A stretch of 64,000 nucleotides of DNA, taken from Vampirovibrionaceae bacterium NZW_1234 (lineage in GTDB: Bacteria; Cyanobacteriota; Vampirovibrionia; Vampirovibrionales; JAGQHJ01). Made by a program: the position numbers and the translations under genes. The notes under the pieces are model-generated. The model was not told the DNA's origin. It saw only the letters and a list, made by a program, of their open reading frames with translations, and did not search any database. Below, piece after piece: positions 56,360 through 64,000 of this stretch. Positions within the stretch are counted from its first letter, which is position 1. Every line of letters begins with the position of its first letter. The stretch spans positions 128,001 to 192,000 of the forward strand of contig JBGUGD010000016.1 in assembly GCA_041697335.1 (NCBI GenBank). Reading direction: 5' to 3'.

Positions 56360-58174
56360 TTACTGATCAAAGGCCGTTTGTTTGATTTCATCAAAGCGAC
56401 TGCGAATATTCTTCTGCAAATCGTCAATGAAGGAACCCACATTCGCACCGAGGGTCGATGCCGGAGATGGCGTTGTAAAACCAGTCGGTTCAGAAGATTG
56501 GGCCTTAGGCTCAGTCGTCTTTTCCTCTTGTTTTGTTTCGACCTTGGGCGCAGGCTCTGTAACTTTAGCAATAACTTCTGCAACAGCTACTGGAGCACTT
56601 GCGACCTGACTTTTAACGTTATTTTCATTGGATGCCTCGGCCGTATTTTTATTGGTATTCTCAATAACCGGGGCACTTACGGACTGATTTTTATTATCGT
56701 TTTTACTGGATGCCTCGGCGGTGTTTTTGTTTGTACTATGAGCCACCGGGACATTGGTATTGCGATTATCGTTTTCGGATACCACTGTGGTTTCCGTATT
56801 CGTGGTAACCACAGGAATATTCGTATTCTCATTCTGACTAAACGTTGTGGCTTTTGCCTCAGACTGAGTCTGGTTCTTATTGGCATTTTCATTTTTGCTG
56901 ACAACGTTGGTTTCAGTCTTCGATTCGTTGACGACAACCGGCTTATTAATGTCTTTGTTATCATTTAAATTGACGTCCTTGTTGTCAACCACGACAACAG
57001 GTTTATTATCGTTCTGAACCGTGTTAACCTGAACCGGCTTATTATCATTATTATTGGTTGCCACAAACGAGGATTTATCTTCGTTATTGTTATTCACAAC
57101 AACCGTGGGCTTATTGTCGTTAGTCACCTTAATTTCAGGTTTCACTTCGATTTTCGGATCCACGTTTACAGTCACCGTCACGTTCGGGGTATTGGTAACC
57201 GTGTTTGTATTCGTGTCCTTATCCGTATTCACAAAGCTGGTTTGAGCACCAGGGCTCACAGCCACAGCCTTGGGGACTCCGGCAACTGGCGAGGTGAAGT
57301 AGTTATTAATGACATTATTATTTCCAGTAATCACCTGAACAATACTATCAGCTATATTTTCCAATTTGGTGGTTTCCACCGTATTGTTGTTGCCGTTCAC
57401 CGTGCTGGAGACAACAGTAGCAGCACTACTACCCCATCCCGTGGATGCGACAGCACTGGGCTGTTGTGTCGTCACAACCGTGGAACTACCGGGCCGAGGT
57501 TGAATTGCAATGGTAGAACTCGACTTTGAGGGTAAGATGCGTGATACTGGGGAAGGACGTGAAGAAATACCGTTACCGGGGCCTACACGACCATCACCAG
57601 GGCGACGTCGACTGGAACGATCATCGCCAAAATCAAATAAACTACCTAAGCCATCGCCTCCGGCCATCATCAGCATCATCATAATGAATGATAATAAACT
57701 GTTCTGCTGCCCTTGCGGTTGCGAAAGGGATGCAAAAGTGGGCGCATAATTTACATTATACTGAACCGGGGGAACACCGCTAAAGGAGGGTGCTTTTGGC
57801 TGTTGAGGAAATTGATAAAAATTATTGTATTGCGGAAAAGTATACGTGGGTTGCGAGTAGTTGTACTGGGGAAACGTATACGTGGGTTGCGAATAATTGT
57901 ATTGGGGATAGCTATATTGCGGAGAATAGCTATACTGGGGAGAATAGTTATAAGTCGTTTGTGGCGCATACGTATTATTAGGCGCATAGGTATAACTTTG
58001 CGCATACGTTGGGGAATAAGAATAGGCATTTGCGGAATACGCGTTCGCTTCATTTCCTCCGGTGCTCGGCCAAGCCATCTGCGGCGAACTAGGGTACGCT
58101 TGTTGCTGTACCGGTGCCGACTGCTGGCCACCTAGAAATGGCTGCTGTTGAGCAAAGCTGTAATTCGTCACCAT
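56360..58174 (-). CDS. Tyr/Gln-rich and Asn/Thr/Val-rich low-complexity protein
   Basis: 604 aa, no Cys seen. Contains PQYNYSQPTYTF repeats, an FIMMMLMM segment and NDNKP repeats. Confidence 0.8.
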   Translation of the reverse strand: MVTNYSFAQQQPFLGGQQSAPVQQQAYPSSPQMAWPSTGGNEANAYSANAYSYSPTYAQSYTYAPNNTYAPQTTYNYSPQYSYSPQYSYPQYNYSQPTYTFPQYNYSQPTYTFPQYNNFYQFPQQPKAPSFSGVPPVQYNVNYAPTFASLSQPQGQQNSLLSFIMMMLMMAGGDGLGSLFDFGDDRSSRRRPGDGRVGPGNGISSRPSPVSRILPSKSSSTIAIQPRPGSSTVVTTQQPSAVASTGWGSSAATVVSSTVNGNNNTVETTKLENIADSIVQVITGNNNVINNYFTSPVAGVPKAVAVSPGAQTSFVNTDKDTNTNTVTNTPNVTVTVNVDPKIEVKPEIKVTNDNKPTVVVNNNNEDKSSFVATNNNDNKPVQVNTVQNDNKPVVVVDNKDVNLNDNKDINKPVVVNESKTETNVVSKNENANKNQTQSEAKATTFSQNENTNIPVVTTNTETTVVSENDNRNTNVPVAHSTNKNTAEASSKNDNKNQSVSAPVIENTNKNTAEASNENNVKSQVASAPVAVAEVIAKVTEPAPKVETKQEEKTTEPKAQSSEPTGFTTPSPASTLGANVGSFIDDLQKNIRSRFDEIKQTAFDQ

Positions 58175-58178
58175 ATCA

Positions 58179-58278
58179 CGAAACTCCTAACTCTACGATG
58201 AAAAGAGAACATTAACTTCTTGTATTTATATAAAAACAATTATTTAATAATTGCTGATACTATGTTTCTATTTGTAAA
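58179..58278 (-). promoter_or_regulatory. shared upstream cassette, copy B
   Basis: Minus strand: TTTACAAA-TA-GAAACATA (58261-58278), TTGTTTTTATAT (58228-58239), CGTAGAGTTAGGAGTTTCG (58179-58197). Confidence 0.7.
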
Positions 58279-58366
58279 CGAAAATATTTAGATTTTATTA
58301 ATTCGGATAAGATAACGCTAATAGAGGCATACTGCTTTTTTAGCGTTTAATAAAAATGACAAAAAT

Positions 58367-58402
58367 AAAACAGATCTCTTGCATTGCGAAGAGATCTGTT
58401 TT
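58367..58402 (-). terminator. intrinsic terminator (14-bp stem)
   Basis: AAAACAGATCTCTT / AAGAGATCTGTTTT after the 58438 stop. Confidence 0.8.
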
Positions 58403-58437
58403 GAGTTTTATCCGCTTACAATCGGTGCTAACCTTGT

Positions 58438-59541
58438 CTAAGCCTCAAACTGCCGAAGCTTTTCATTGGTAGCACTTGTGAAGAGATCGTCATTGATAGT
58501 GTAATAATCGTTGACGGTTAGACCTGGAGCAAGGGCCCCTTCACCGGTTCGTTGATTGACTTTGGCCGGATCAATATCCTTAAAGACGATCGATCCGAGC
58601 AACCCTTCAGGCGGTTTATCAGGATCATAGCCTTCGGGAGCTTTAACACTGACATCAAAGTAATGTTTTCCGGCCGCAATCGTTCGCTTGATATCGCCAT
58701 CAAAGACATCGGTATCATAGACCATGGTTGCGGTTTCTTTATCCCATTTAACGGAATCATTACCATCGGTATACACTTCATCATCCTGAAGTTCACGAAC
58801 CACCTGGCCATCGTTATCAACCAAGACAGGTTTTTCGTCTATCCATTTGATGCGTGAGTTACCGATACGAACACCAATTTCTGCATAAACAGTTGGGTCT
58901 GGCTTTCCAGCACCACCATCGGCCCATTTGCCGAGCTTACCGTTAATCAGAATGTCATCGGTATCAACAATACTGGTGGTTTTTCCGGCCGGTGGGTGAA
59001 TATCCACTGTTTTACCGTTTGCCAGGACAAAGTGGGGATCACCCCATACTTTACCACCTTTACCCTTATCGATGGGCGGTTTTGGTTTCGGCGGCGGTGG
59101 TGGCGGCGGTGGTGGCGGCGGCGGTGGCGGGGGGGGTGGGGTCGGAACCGGCGGTTGAGGAACCGGCGGTGGACAAGGACAATAATCGTCATACTTAGAG
59201 TTATTGGCCTTTTTACCTTTAAAAATTTGCATTAATAACATCATCAACATAAACCCTTGGATACCATCACCACCAAAACCGAAGTCTTGGCTGGATTCCA
59301 CAGAAGGGTTGACGCCACCGATGGAACTGCCAAAGGCAGCACCACCAATAGCACCTAAGGGCTGATTGATAAACGTCACAGGGCTGCCACCCAATCCAAA
59401 GGTCGAACCAATGATGGGCCCAGATGAGATTAAATTATCCAATCCACCGTTCCACGAAGGTCTTGGCTGGGGCGCAAATGACATTGCGGATTGCAAGCCC
59501 GACTGCAAGCCAGATTGTAAAAATGGAAACAGACTATTCAT
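58438..59541 (-). CDS. polyproline protein with a GDPH (VWD-like) domain
   Basis: 17 consecutive Pro (59089-59139), then VWGDPHF and a later PEGLLG motif. Confidence 0.8.
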   Translation of the reverse strand: MNSLFPFLQSGLQSGLQSAMSFAPQPRPSWNGGLDNLISSGPIIGSTFGLGGSPVTFINQPLGAIGGAAFGSSIGGVNPSVESSQDFGFGGDGIQGFMLMMLLMQIFKGKKANNSKYDDYCPCPPPVPQPPVPTPPPPPPPPPPPPPPPPPKPKPPIDKGKGGKVWGDPHFVLANGKTVDIHPPAGKTTSIVDTDDILINGKLGKWADGGAGKPDPTVYAEIGVRIGNSRIKWIDEKPVLVDNDGQVVRELQDDEVYTDGNDSVKWDKETATMVYDTDVFDGDIKRTIAAGKHYFDVSVKAPEGYDPDKPPEGLLGSIVFKDIDPAKVNQRTGEGALAPGLTVNDYYTINDDLFTSATNEKLRQFEA

Positions 59542-59545
59542 AGGG

Positions 59546-59652
59546 CGAAACTCCTAACTCTACGGGAAAACACATCACGAAATGAGAGACTTACATACAA
59601 ATATAAAAACAACCATTTGAACGCGCTGTGACAGATTGTTTCCAAATGTTAA
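59546..59652 (-). promoter_or_regulatory. shared upstream cassette, copy C
   Basis: Minus strand: TTAACATT-TG-GAAACAAT (59635-59652), TTGTTTTTATAT (59601-59612), CGTAGAGTTAGGAGTTTCG (59546-59564). Confidence 0.7.
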
Positions 59653-59771
59653 TAATTTCTTAAATTCTCGCCAGAAGTATGTCTGCTCTGTCGGGGGCGA
59701 CTCATTTGCCTTTCAACACCTATCAGCCTTGAACCAAAAGGAATTGACACTCTTCTCCCAGATCTGTAGGG

Positions 59772-60179
59772 CTAGCGTGAGCATACAAACTGGTGCCACT
59801 CCAGCATCTTGGACCAAGGGTCGACACCGGATGCATGGGTCTGGTGATGGACCAAACCAAGTTGCTTGCCTTGTGCGTCTAAAACGATGCTGTAAAGCGG
59901 TTTATAAATCCCGTTTCGGCAGTCTTCAACTGCAAAGGTCTGAACCGAATCGACCTGTTGGCCGAATTGCTGACGAAAGCCATCAGACTCTGAAGTCACC
60001 ATGGCTTTTTTCCAGTAATAGAGCAGCTCTTTTTCCTTTCGTAAACTTTGGAGATCCAGAAAATGAACCTCGCTCGGATCTCCCAAATCAACTAAAAACC
60101 ACTGCGCAGCTACGGCGAAGCTACTCAACATCACCCCAATAAGCGCCACCGCAAAGATGATCACGCGCACCGATACCAC
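59772..60179 (-). CDS. exported hypothetical protein (surface-adhesin E-like)
   Basis: Signal peptide, W.......FLDLQSL....YW and DC. GGAGGAG RBS. Confidence 0.6.
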   Translation of the reverse strand: MVSVRVIIFAVALIGVMLSSFAVAAQWFLVDLGDPSEVHFLDLQSLRKEKELLYYWKKAMVTSESDGFRQQFGQQVDSVQTFAVEDCRNGIYKPLYSIVLDAQGKQLGLVHHQTHASGVDPWSKMLEWHQFVCSR

Positions 60180-60275
60180 ATCTCCTCCGTTTCGTCATCA
60201 ACTCGTCTTCGTTTATTCTAACAGGAGCGAACAATAAAAATGGCCTACAGACCTGCTGTAAGCCGAATCAAAAAT

Positions 60276-60348
<73 letters not shown>

Positions 60349-60404
60349 CTATCAAAGTGTTCCCATTATAGTGGGAGATGATGAGGACGTCAAAACGTAG
60401 CCCA

Positions 60405-60890
60405 TCAATGGGTCTCATGCCCTTTTTGCTGGGTCAGGACAGACGTCATCATCGCCTCATAATGCTCAGGGTTGGTATCGTTCTCCAGCATGGCCAATGG
60501 CATACCATTTAACGTGTTCAGCACCGCAACCAAGCCAGGTCGGTCCAAATGACGTTTGACAAAAGCACCACAGTTATAGGCCTGTGCCGTTCGCTGAGCA
60601 TACTCTCGATCATGGCGGTTGGAGATATCCAGCGTTAAAAACCGAATACGGCGCTTATACTTCATTTTCAGGTCTTGGATAATCTGGTGAATATCACGGC
60701 AAGCTTCACAATCTGAAGCCGTCAACTCAATCACCACAATGCGAAGCTGCTTTCTTGGCATAGAATGCTCGGAAGGTTGGGATTGGCAACCCGTGAACAC
60801 CAGCCCCAGACACCATAGCAATAAAACGCCCAGAAGAATCAAGGCCCATGATTGATGCTGTGACCGGTGTTGCTTTCGTCGAAGCCACAT
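60405..60890 (-). CDS. thioredoxin-fold lipoprotein
   Basis: Lipobox FTGC, A.DCEAC (CxxC) and FLTLD. Confidence 0.7.
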   Translation of the reverse strand: MWLRRKQHRSQHQSWALILLGVLLLWCLGLVFTGCQSQPSEHSMPRKQLRIVVIELTASDCEACRDIHQIIQDLKMKYKRRIRFLTLDISNRHDREYAQRTAQAYNCGAFVKRHLDRPGLVAVLNTLNGMPLAMLENDTNPEHYEAMMTSVLTQQKGHETH

Positions 60891-61055
60891 GGTGTTACCC
60901 TCTTTGCTGCCTCTTGCTTGATGAGAATGATTCTATCGTAGGACAGCCTCCATGTTTACGATAAATGTCATAATCAAACCGGTCTTTTTCACGGCAACCT
61001 CCTGCGAATCGGGGTTTCCCCCAACCGAAAACTTGACTACAATAAACCTCAGTGG

Positions 61056-62282
61056 ATGGTTAAACACACGGATAAAGTCGAGTTTGTTATAATGAGCCCG
61101 CCAGAAAATACGCTACTGACTGAAATCTTGTCACAGCCACATTGCCTGAGACAGCTTTTGGCCGGATTTCCTGGACATTTTGACCATATCAACCTGCCTG
61201 GCTACTTTACACAAAAACTCATCGGTATTGGGGAAGGCTCCAGTTATAACGCCCTGAAAATTGCAGCCCCTTTTATTGAAGAATTTACTGGGCTCAACAA
61301 CTTTACGTTCGATCCGGAATCGTTGGAAAACAAATTCGAAGTCGCAGACTTCGTGAATCATCCCATTAAGCGGCTTTTTGAGCGAAGTTATTTCCTGACC
61401 GTCAGCCAATCCGGCCAAACCGGCAGTATCTTGTCAATATTGTCGAGCTTACAGAAATGCCTGGGCTTTTCCGACAAGTATTCTCCCTTGATTTCCTTTA
61501 CCAACAACCCGGAAGGTACCTTGGCCCAGCGCTTTGGAAACCATTTCTATCTCGAAGCAGGCAAGGAAGAATCCATAGCAGCTACAAAGTCCATGACTGC
61601 CTCCATCATGGCACTGCTTCTTTTTGGCTTAAAACTTGGGCAAAAACGCTCCTGGCTACGCCGTGGTGTCTACCAAACTCTCTTAAGCACCTTTGAAGAG
61701 ATTCCCGATCAGCTCGAAGCATTCTTACAAGACCTGGCCATGCGGGACAAGATTGATGCCTTTGCTGGTCGCCTGTGCGATACAAATCAATTTGTCATCT
61801 TGTCTCGAGGACCTATGGCCTCGATTCTGCCGGAAATCGGCCTGAAGTTAACCGAAACCTCTCGCAATATCGTCTGGACGGATAATACGGAGAGCTTTAA
61901 ACACGGACGTAAAGTTATCCTACACGGGGTTAAAGGGGTTCGACCCAATTGTCTGTACCTCATTCCGCCCAACCTGCCAACCCAAACCGCCGATCGGCTG
62001 TTCCAGGATATCTATTCTCACTTTTATTCCACCGATGATGAAGCTCTGTTTAGCACCGACGGGGTGTTTTTTACGATGTTCGAGAACAGCCCCCCCTTGC
62101 CCGAATCACTCAAGAAAGCCTTGAACCTGGCTGAAGAAGACATCCTGGTCCTGCCTCAAAGCCAAGGGATTGCCAGCTTGTTTCTGGGGCTCATTGCCTT
62201 TCAGCTGATATGCTATTATCTGGCCTTGGCCAAAGGGGAAGACCCCAATAATCCGGCCCTTCAAAAAGCCGTTACTCGCTAG
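61056..62282 (+). CDS. SIS-domain sugar-phosphate isomerase/deaminase (GlmS C-terminal-like, no glutaminase domain)
   Basis: Motifs EI.SQP, GEGSSYNA, SQSG.T, AATKS, LKL.ETS, FKHG and LQKAVT. Confidence 0.82.
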   Translation: MVKHTDKVEFVIMSPPENTLLTEILSQPHCLRQLLAGFPGHFDHINLPGYFTQKLIGIGEGSSYNALKIAAPFIEEFTGLNNFTFDPESLENKFEVADFVNHPIKRLFERSYFLTVSQSGQTGSILSILSSLQKCLGFSDKYSPLISFTNNPEGTLAQRFGNHFYLEAGKEESIAATKSMTASIMALLLFGLKLGQKRSWLRRGVYQTLLSTFEEIPDQLEAFLQDLAMRDKIDAFAGRLCDTNQFVILSRGPMASILPEIGLKLTETSRNIVWTDNTESFKHGRKVILHGVKGVRPNCLYLIPPNLPTQTADRLFQDIYSHFYSTDDEALFSTDGVFFTMFENSPPLPESLKKALNLAEEDILVLPQSQGIASLFLGLIAFQLICYYLALAKGEDPNNPALQKAVTR

Positions 62283-62355
62283 ACTTTTGCGTTCGAAGGG
62301 CATATTAAGTAAAATGCCCATAGGACAAACTCAGATCCGAGAAAGGAGTTTTTTG

Positions 62356-62730
62356 ATGACAACACCCTCCTCGACCCGCCGTGGAAAAACCTTTCAAGAC
62401 TTAGTTCAGGACGCAAAAAGCCGAATCCAAGAAGTGACGGTTGAGCAACTCAAACAATGGCAAGCGCAAGGCAAAGCTATTGCCCTGATTGATGTTCGTG
62501 AGCCCAATGACTTTGAAGCCGGACATATTCCTGGGGCCATCAATGTTCCTCGCGGCCTTTTAGAACTGGACATTGACGAGGTGGTTCCCGATCAGGATGC
62601 GGTTGTCGTGGCGTATTGTGGCGGCGGCAGCCGATCGGCCCTGTCCGCAGACACCCTCCAGGTGATGGGGTACGCCCAAGTATACTCCCTGGCCCAAGGT
62701 TGGCGGGGTTGGAAACAGGCTCAAGGGTAA
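62356..62730 (+). CDS. rhodanese-like sulfurtransferase
   Basis: Motifs IDVREP, GHIPGA and YCGGGSRS. AAGGAG precedes ATG 62356. Confidence 0.9.
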   Translation: MTTPSSTRRGKTFQDLVQDAKSRIQEVTVEQLKQWQAQGKAIALIDVREPNDFEAGHIPGAINVPRGLLELDIDEVVPDQDAVVVAYCGGGSRSALSADTLQVMGYAQVYSLAQGWRGWKQAQG

Positions 62731-63428
62731 TGTCAGAAACACTTGTCACGGTCCAGGACACCTTTGATCAGTGGGCGCTTGAAGGGCAAGATGCTCGTAT
62801 GGAGCAGGGTCACTGGCCAACTGCCAGTCAGCTTATAAAGTGCCTGGACATCAAACCGGGCCAATGGGTTCTGGACATTGGTTGTGGCAACGGCTATGTC
62901 ATTCAGTGGGCCTCTGAACAGGTTGGCTCCCAGGGTCGGGCCGTAGGGATCGATATCTCTCCGACCATGGCGGCCCATGCCAAATTGAAACTGAAAGAGA
63001 CAACCAACACCAGCATTATGGTGGCCGATGTGCAAAATATGCCCTTTGCACCGGAATCGTTTCATCATGTTGTCTCGGTGGAATGCCTGTATTACACCTC
63101 GGATGTTCTTTCTGCTCTTCAAAAGATTGAATTCATTATGGCTTCGGGCGGTCAGTTGGCGGTAATGGTGGACTTTTACAAGGACAACCCCTATTGCGCT
63201 ACCTGGCCCGAGCTCTTGGGACTGCCGATGGCAGCCTATTCAGAAGCAGAATATCGAGATCTCTTTGAAGCCGCTGGATTTTCACAGGTTGAAACCAAGC
63301 GCCTATACAACCCAACACCTGTCGATGCATCGAGTTTTACCCCAGGCTGGGGTTTTAACTCCGTCTCGGATGTAGAACACTTTCGCCAGCAGGTGGGTTC
63401 CTTGGCCATTCTGGGGCGTAAACCTTAA
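62730..63428 (+). CDS. class I SAM-dependent methyltransferase
   Basis: Motifs VLDIGCGNG and GIDIS. The start overlaps the rhodanese stop (TAATG). Confidence 0.88.
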   Translation: MSETLVTVQDTFDQWALEGQDARMEQGHWPTASQLIKCLDIKPGQWVLDIGCGNGYVIQWASEQVGSQGRAVGIDISPTMAAHAKLKLKETTNTSIMVADVQNMPFAPESFHHVVSVECLYYTSDVLSALQKIEFIMASGGQLAVMVDFYKDNPYCATWPELLGLPMAAYSEAEYRDLFEAAGFSQVETKRLYNPTPVDASSFTPGWGFNSVSDVEHFRQQVGSLAILGRKP

Positions 63429-63438
63429 TCGCTTGAAG

Positions 63439-64000
63439 TTATTGCGAATCGATTAATGCCATGGGGTGTACCGGCCAATCGTCCCCTAAGGAGGCTTGGC
63501 ATTGCATTACATAGGCTTGAATCTCTCGGGTTAACTCGGAAAAAGGACGGGTTAAATCCCACATGGTAACCGTATCATCTCGGTCAGGATTACGAAGCCA
63601 GGAGGCAATGATGCGAATCTCCTCCAACTCCCGCTGGTGAATGATGTCGCGTTTGGTTTCGGCAGAAGCTGAAAGCATCCGCTGGATCATGGCCACTCGT
63701 TCGGTAATGCTGTCCACATCATCGGTTCTCGGGTCAAAGACCTGCTTTTGGATCGGTCGCCCTTTATAGACATACAACAACAATGACCGAGGCGGATCTC
63801 GATCGGGCAAAGCCAAGAGCATATGATTTTGGTGAACGGCTTGGGCCAGAAAACGGGTATTGCTCTGGAGTTTTAGCAAATCCAAGAGACGATCATGAAT
63901 TTGCTGGGCCTTTTCAAAAGCCATTTCTGCAGAATAAGCCTCTCGTTTGGCAATCATTTTTGCCGTCAGTTCCGATACCCGCCCCTCCAGAAAATTGACG
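63439..64000 (-). CDS. C-terminal part of a UVR-domain protein (UvrC-like or DnaQ-GIY-YIG fusion), 5' truncated
   Basis: AYSAEMAFEKAQQIHDRL matches the UvrB/UvrC coiled-coil motif. The gene runs off the window edge. Confidence 0.55.
   Translation of the reverse strand, partial: VNFLEGRVSELTAKMIAKREAYSAEMAFEKAQQIHDRLLDLLKLQSNTRFLAQAVHQNHMLLALPDRDPPRSLLLYVYKGRPIQKQVFDPRTDDVDSITERVAMIQRMLSASAETKRDIIHQRELEEIRIIASWLRNPDRDDTVTMWDLTRPFSELTREIQAYVMQCQASLGDDWPVHPMALIDSQ

Noticed and set aside
59089..59142. G-rich tract as a G-quadruplex or contingency locus
   Set aside because: It is fully explained by mixed Pro codons on the minus strand.
59636..60142. 168-aa plus-strand ORF
   Set aside because: It overlaps the minus-strand exported protein, which has a clear RBS and signal peptide, and the promoter cassette.
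47350..60275. Genomic island bracketed by tRNA-Gly and tRNA-Thr
   Set aside because: No integrase and no duplicated tRNA 3' end were seen, and the core gene truB lies inside.
60891..61055. glmS ribozyme upstream of the SIS-domain gene
   Set aside because: No recognisable ribozyme core, and the gene lacks the glutaminase domain.

Overview
A 64-kb stretch of bacterial chromosome. I found no integrase, transposase, rRNA or CRISPR array. Cyanobacteria-like core genes (prfA, truB, aroA, tandem PTPS domains) occur alongside flagellar motAB, a full che cluster and many lineage-specific orphans. That mix suggests a non-photosynthetic cyanobacterial relative (Vampirovibrionia/Melainabacteria); this is inference, not a computed placement. 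Housekeeping content: GH57 and GH15, aroA, motAB, oppA, rnhC, rpmE-prfA, msrA, corA, sodC, fumC, STAS-cheAWBRY-cheX-cheY, slyD, dam, truB, tRNA-Gly(CCC) and tRNA-Thr(CGT). The best candidate for a new system is 54.0-59.7 kb. It holds three unrelated low-complexity proteins without signal peptides, each with its own terminator, and each sits behind the same three-part upstream cassette (OmpR/RpaB-type direct repeat, TTGTTTTTAT box, GAGTTAGGAGTTT leader). One of the three is a polyproline/GDPH (VWD-like, possibly self-cleaving) protein. Other highlights: a MetAP homolog next to prfA that has lost all five metal ligands, a dead RecQ, a two-domain pterin synthase split by one in-frame TGA next to a sepiapterin-reductase-like SDR, a Clp/FtsH chimeric AAA protein, orphans sharing an N-terminal RF motif, and an unexplained ~190-bp inverted-repeat element upstream of corA.
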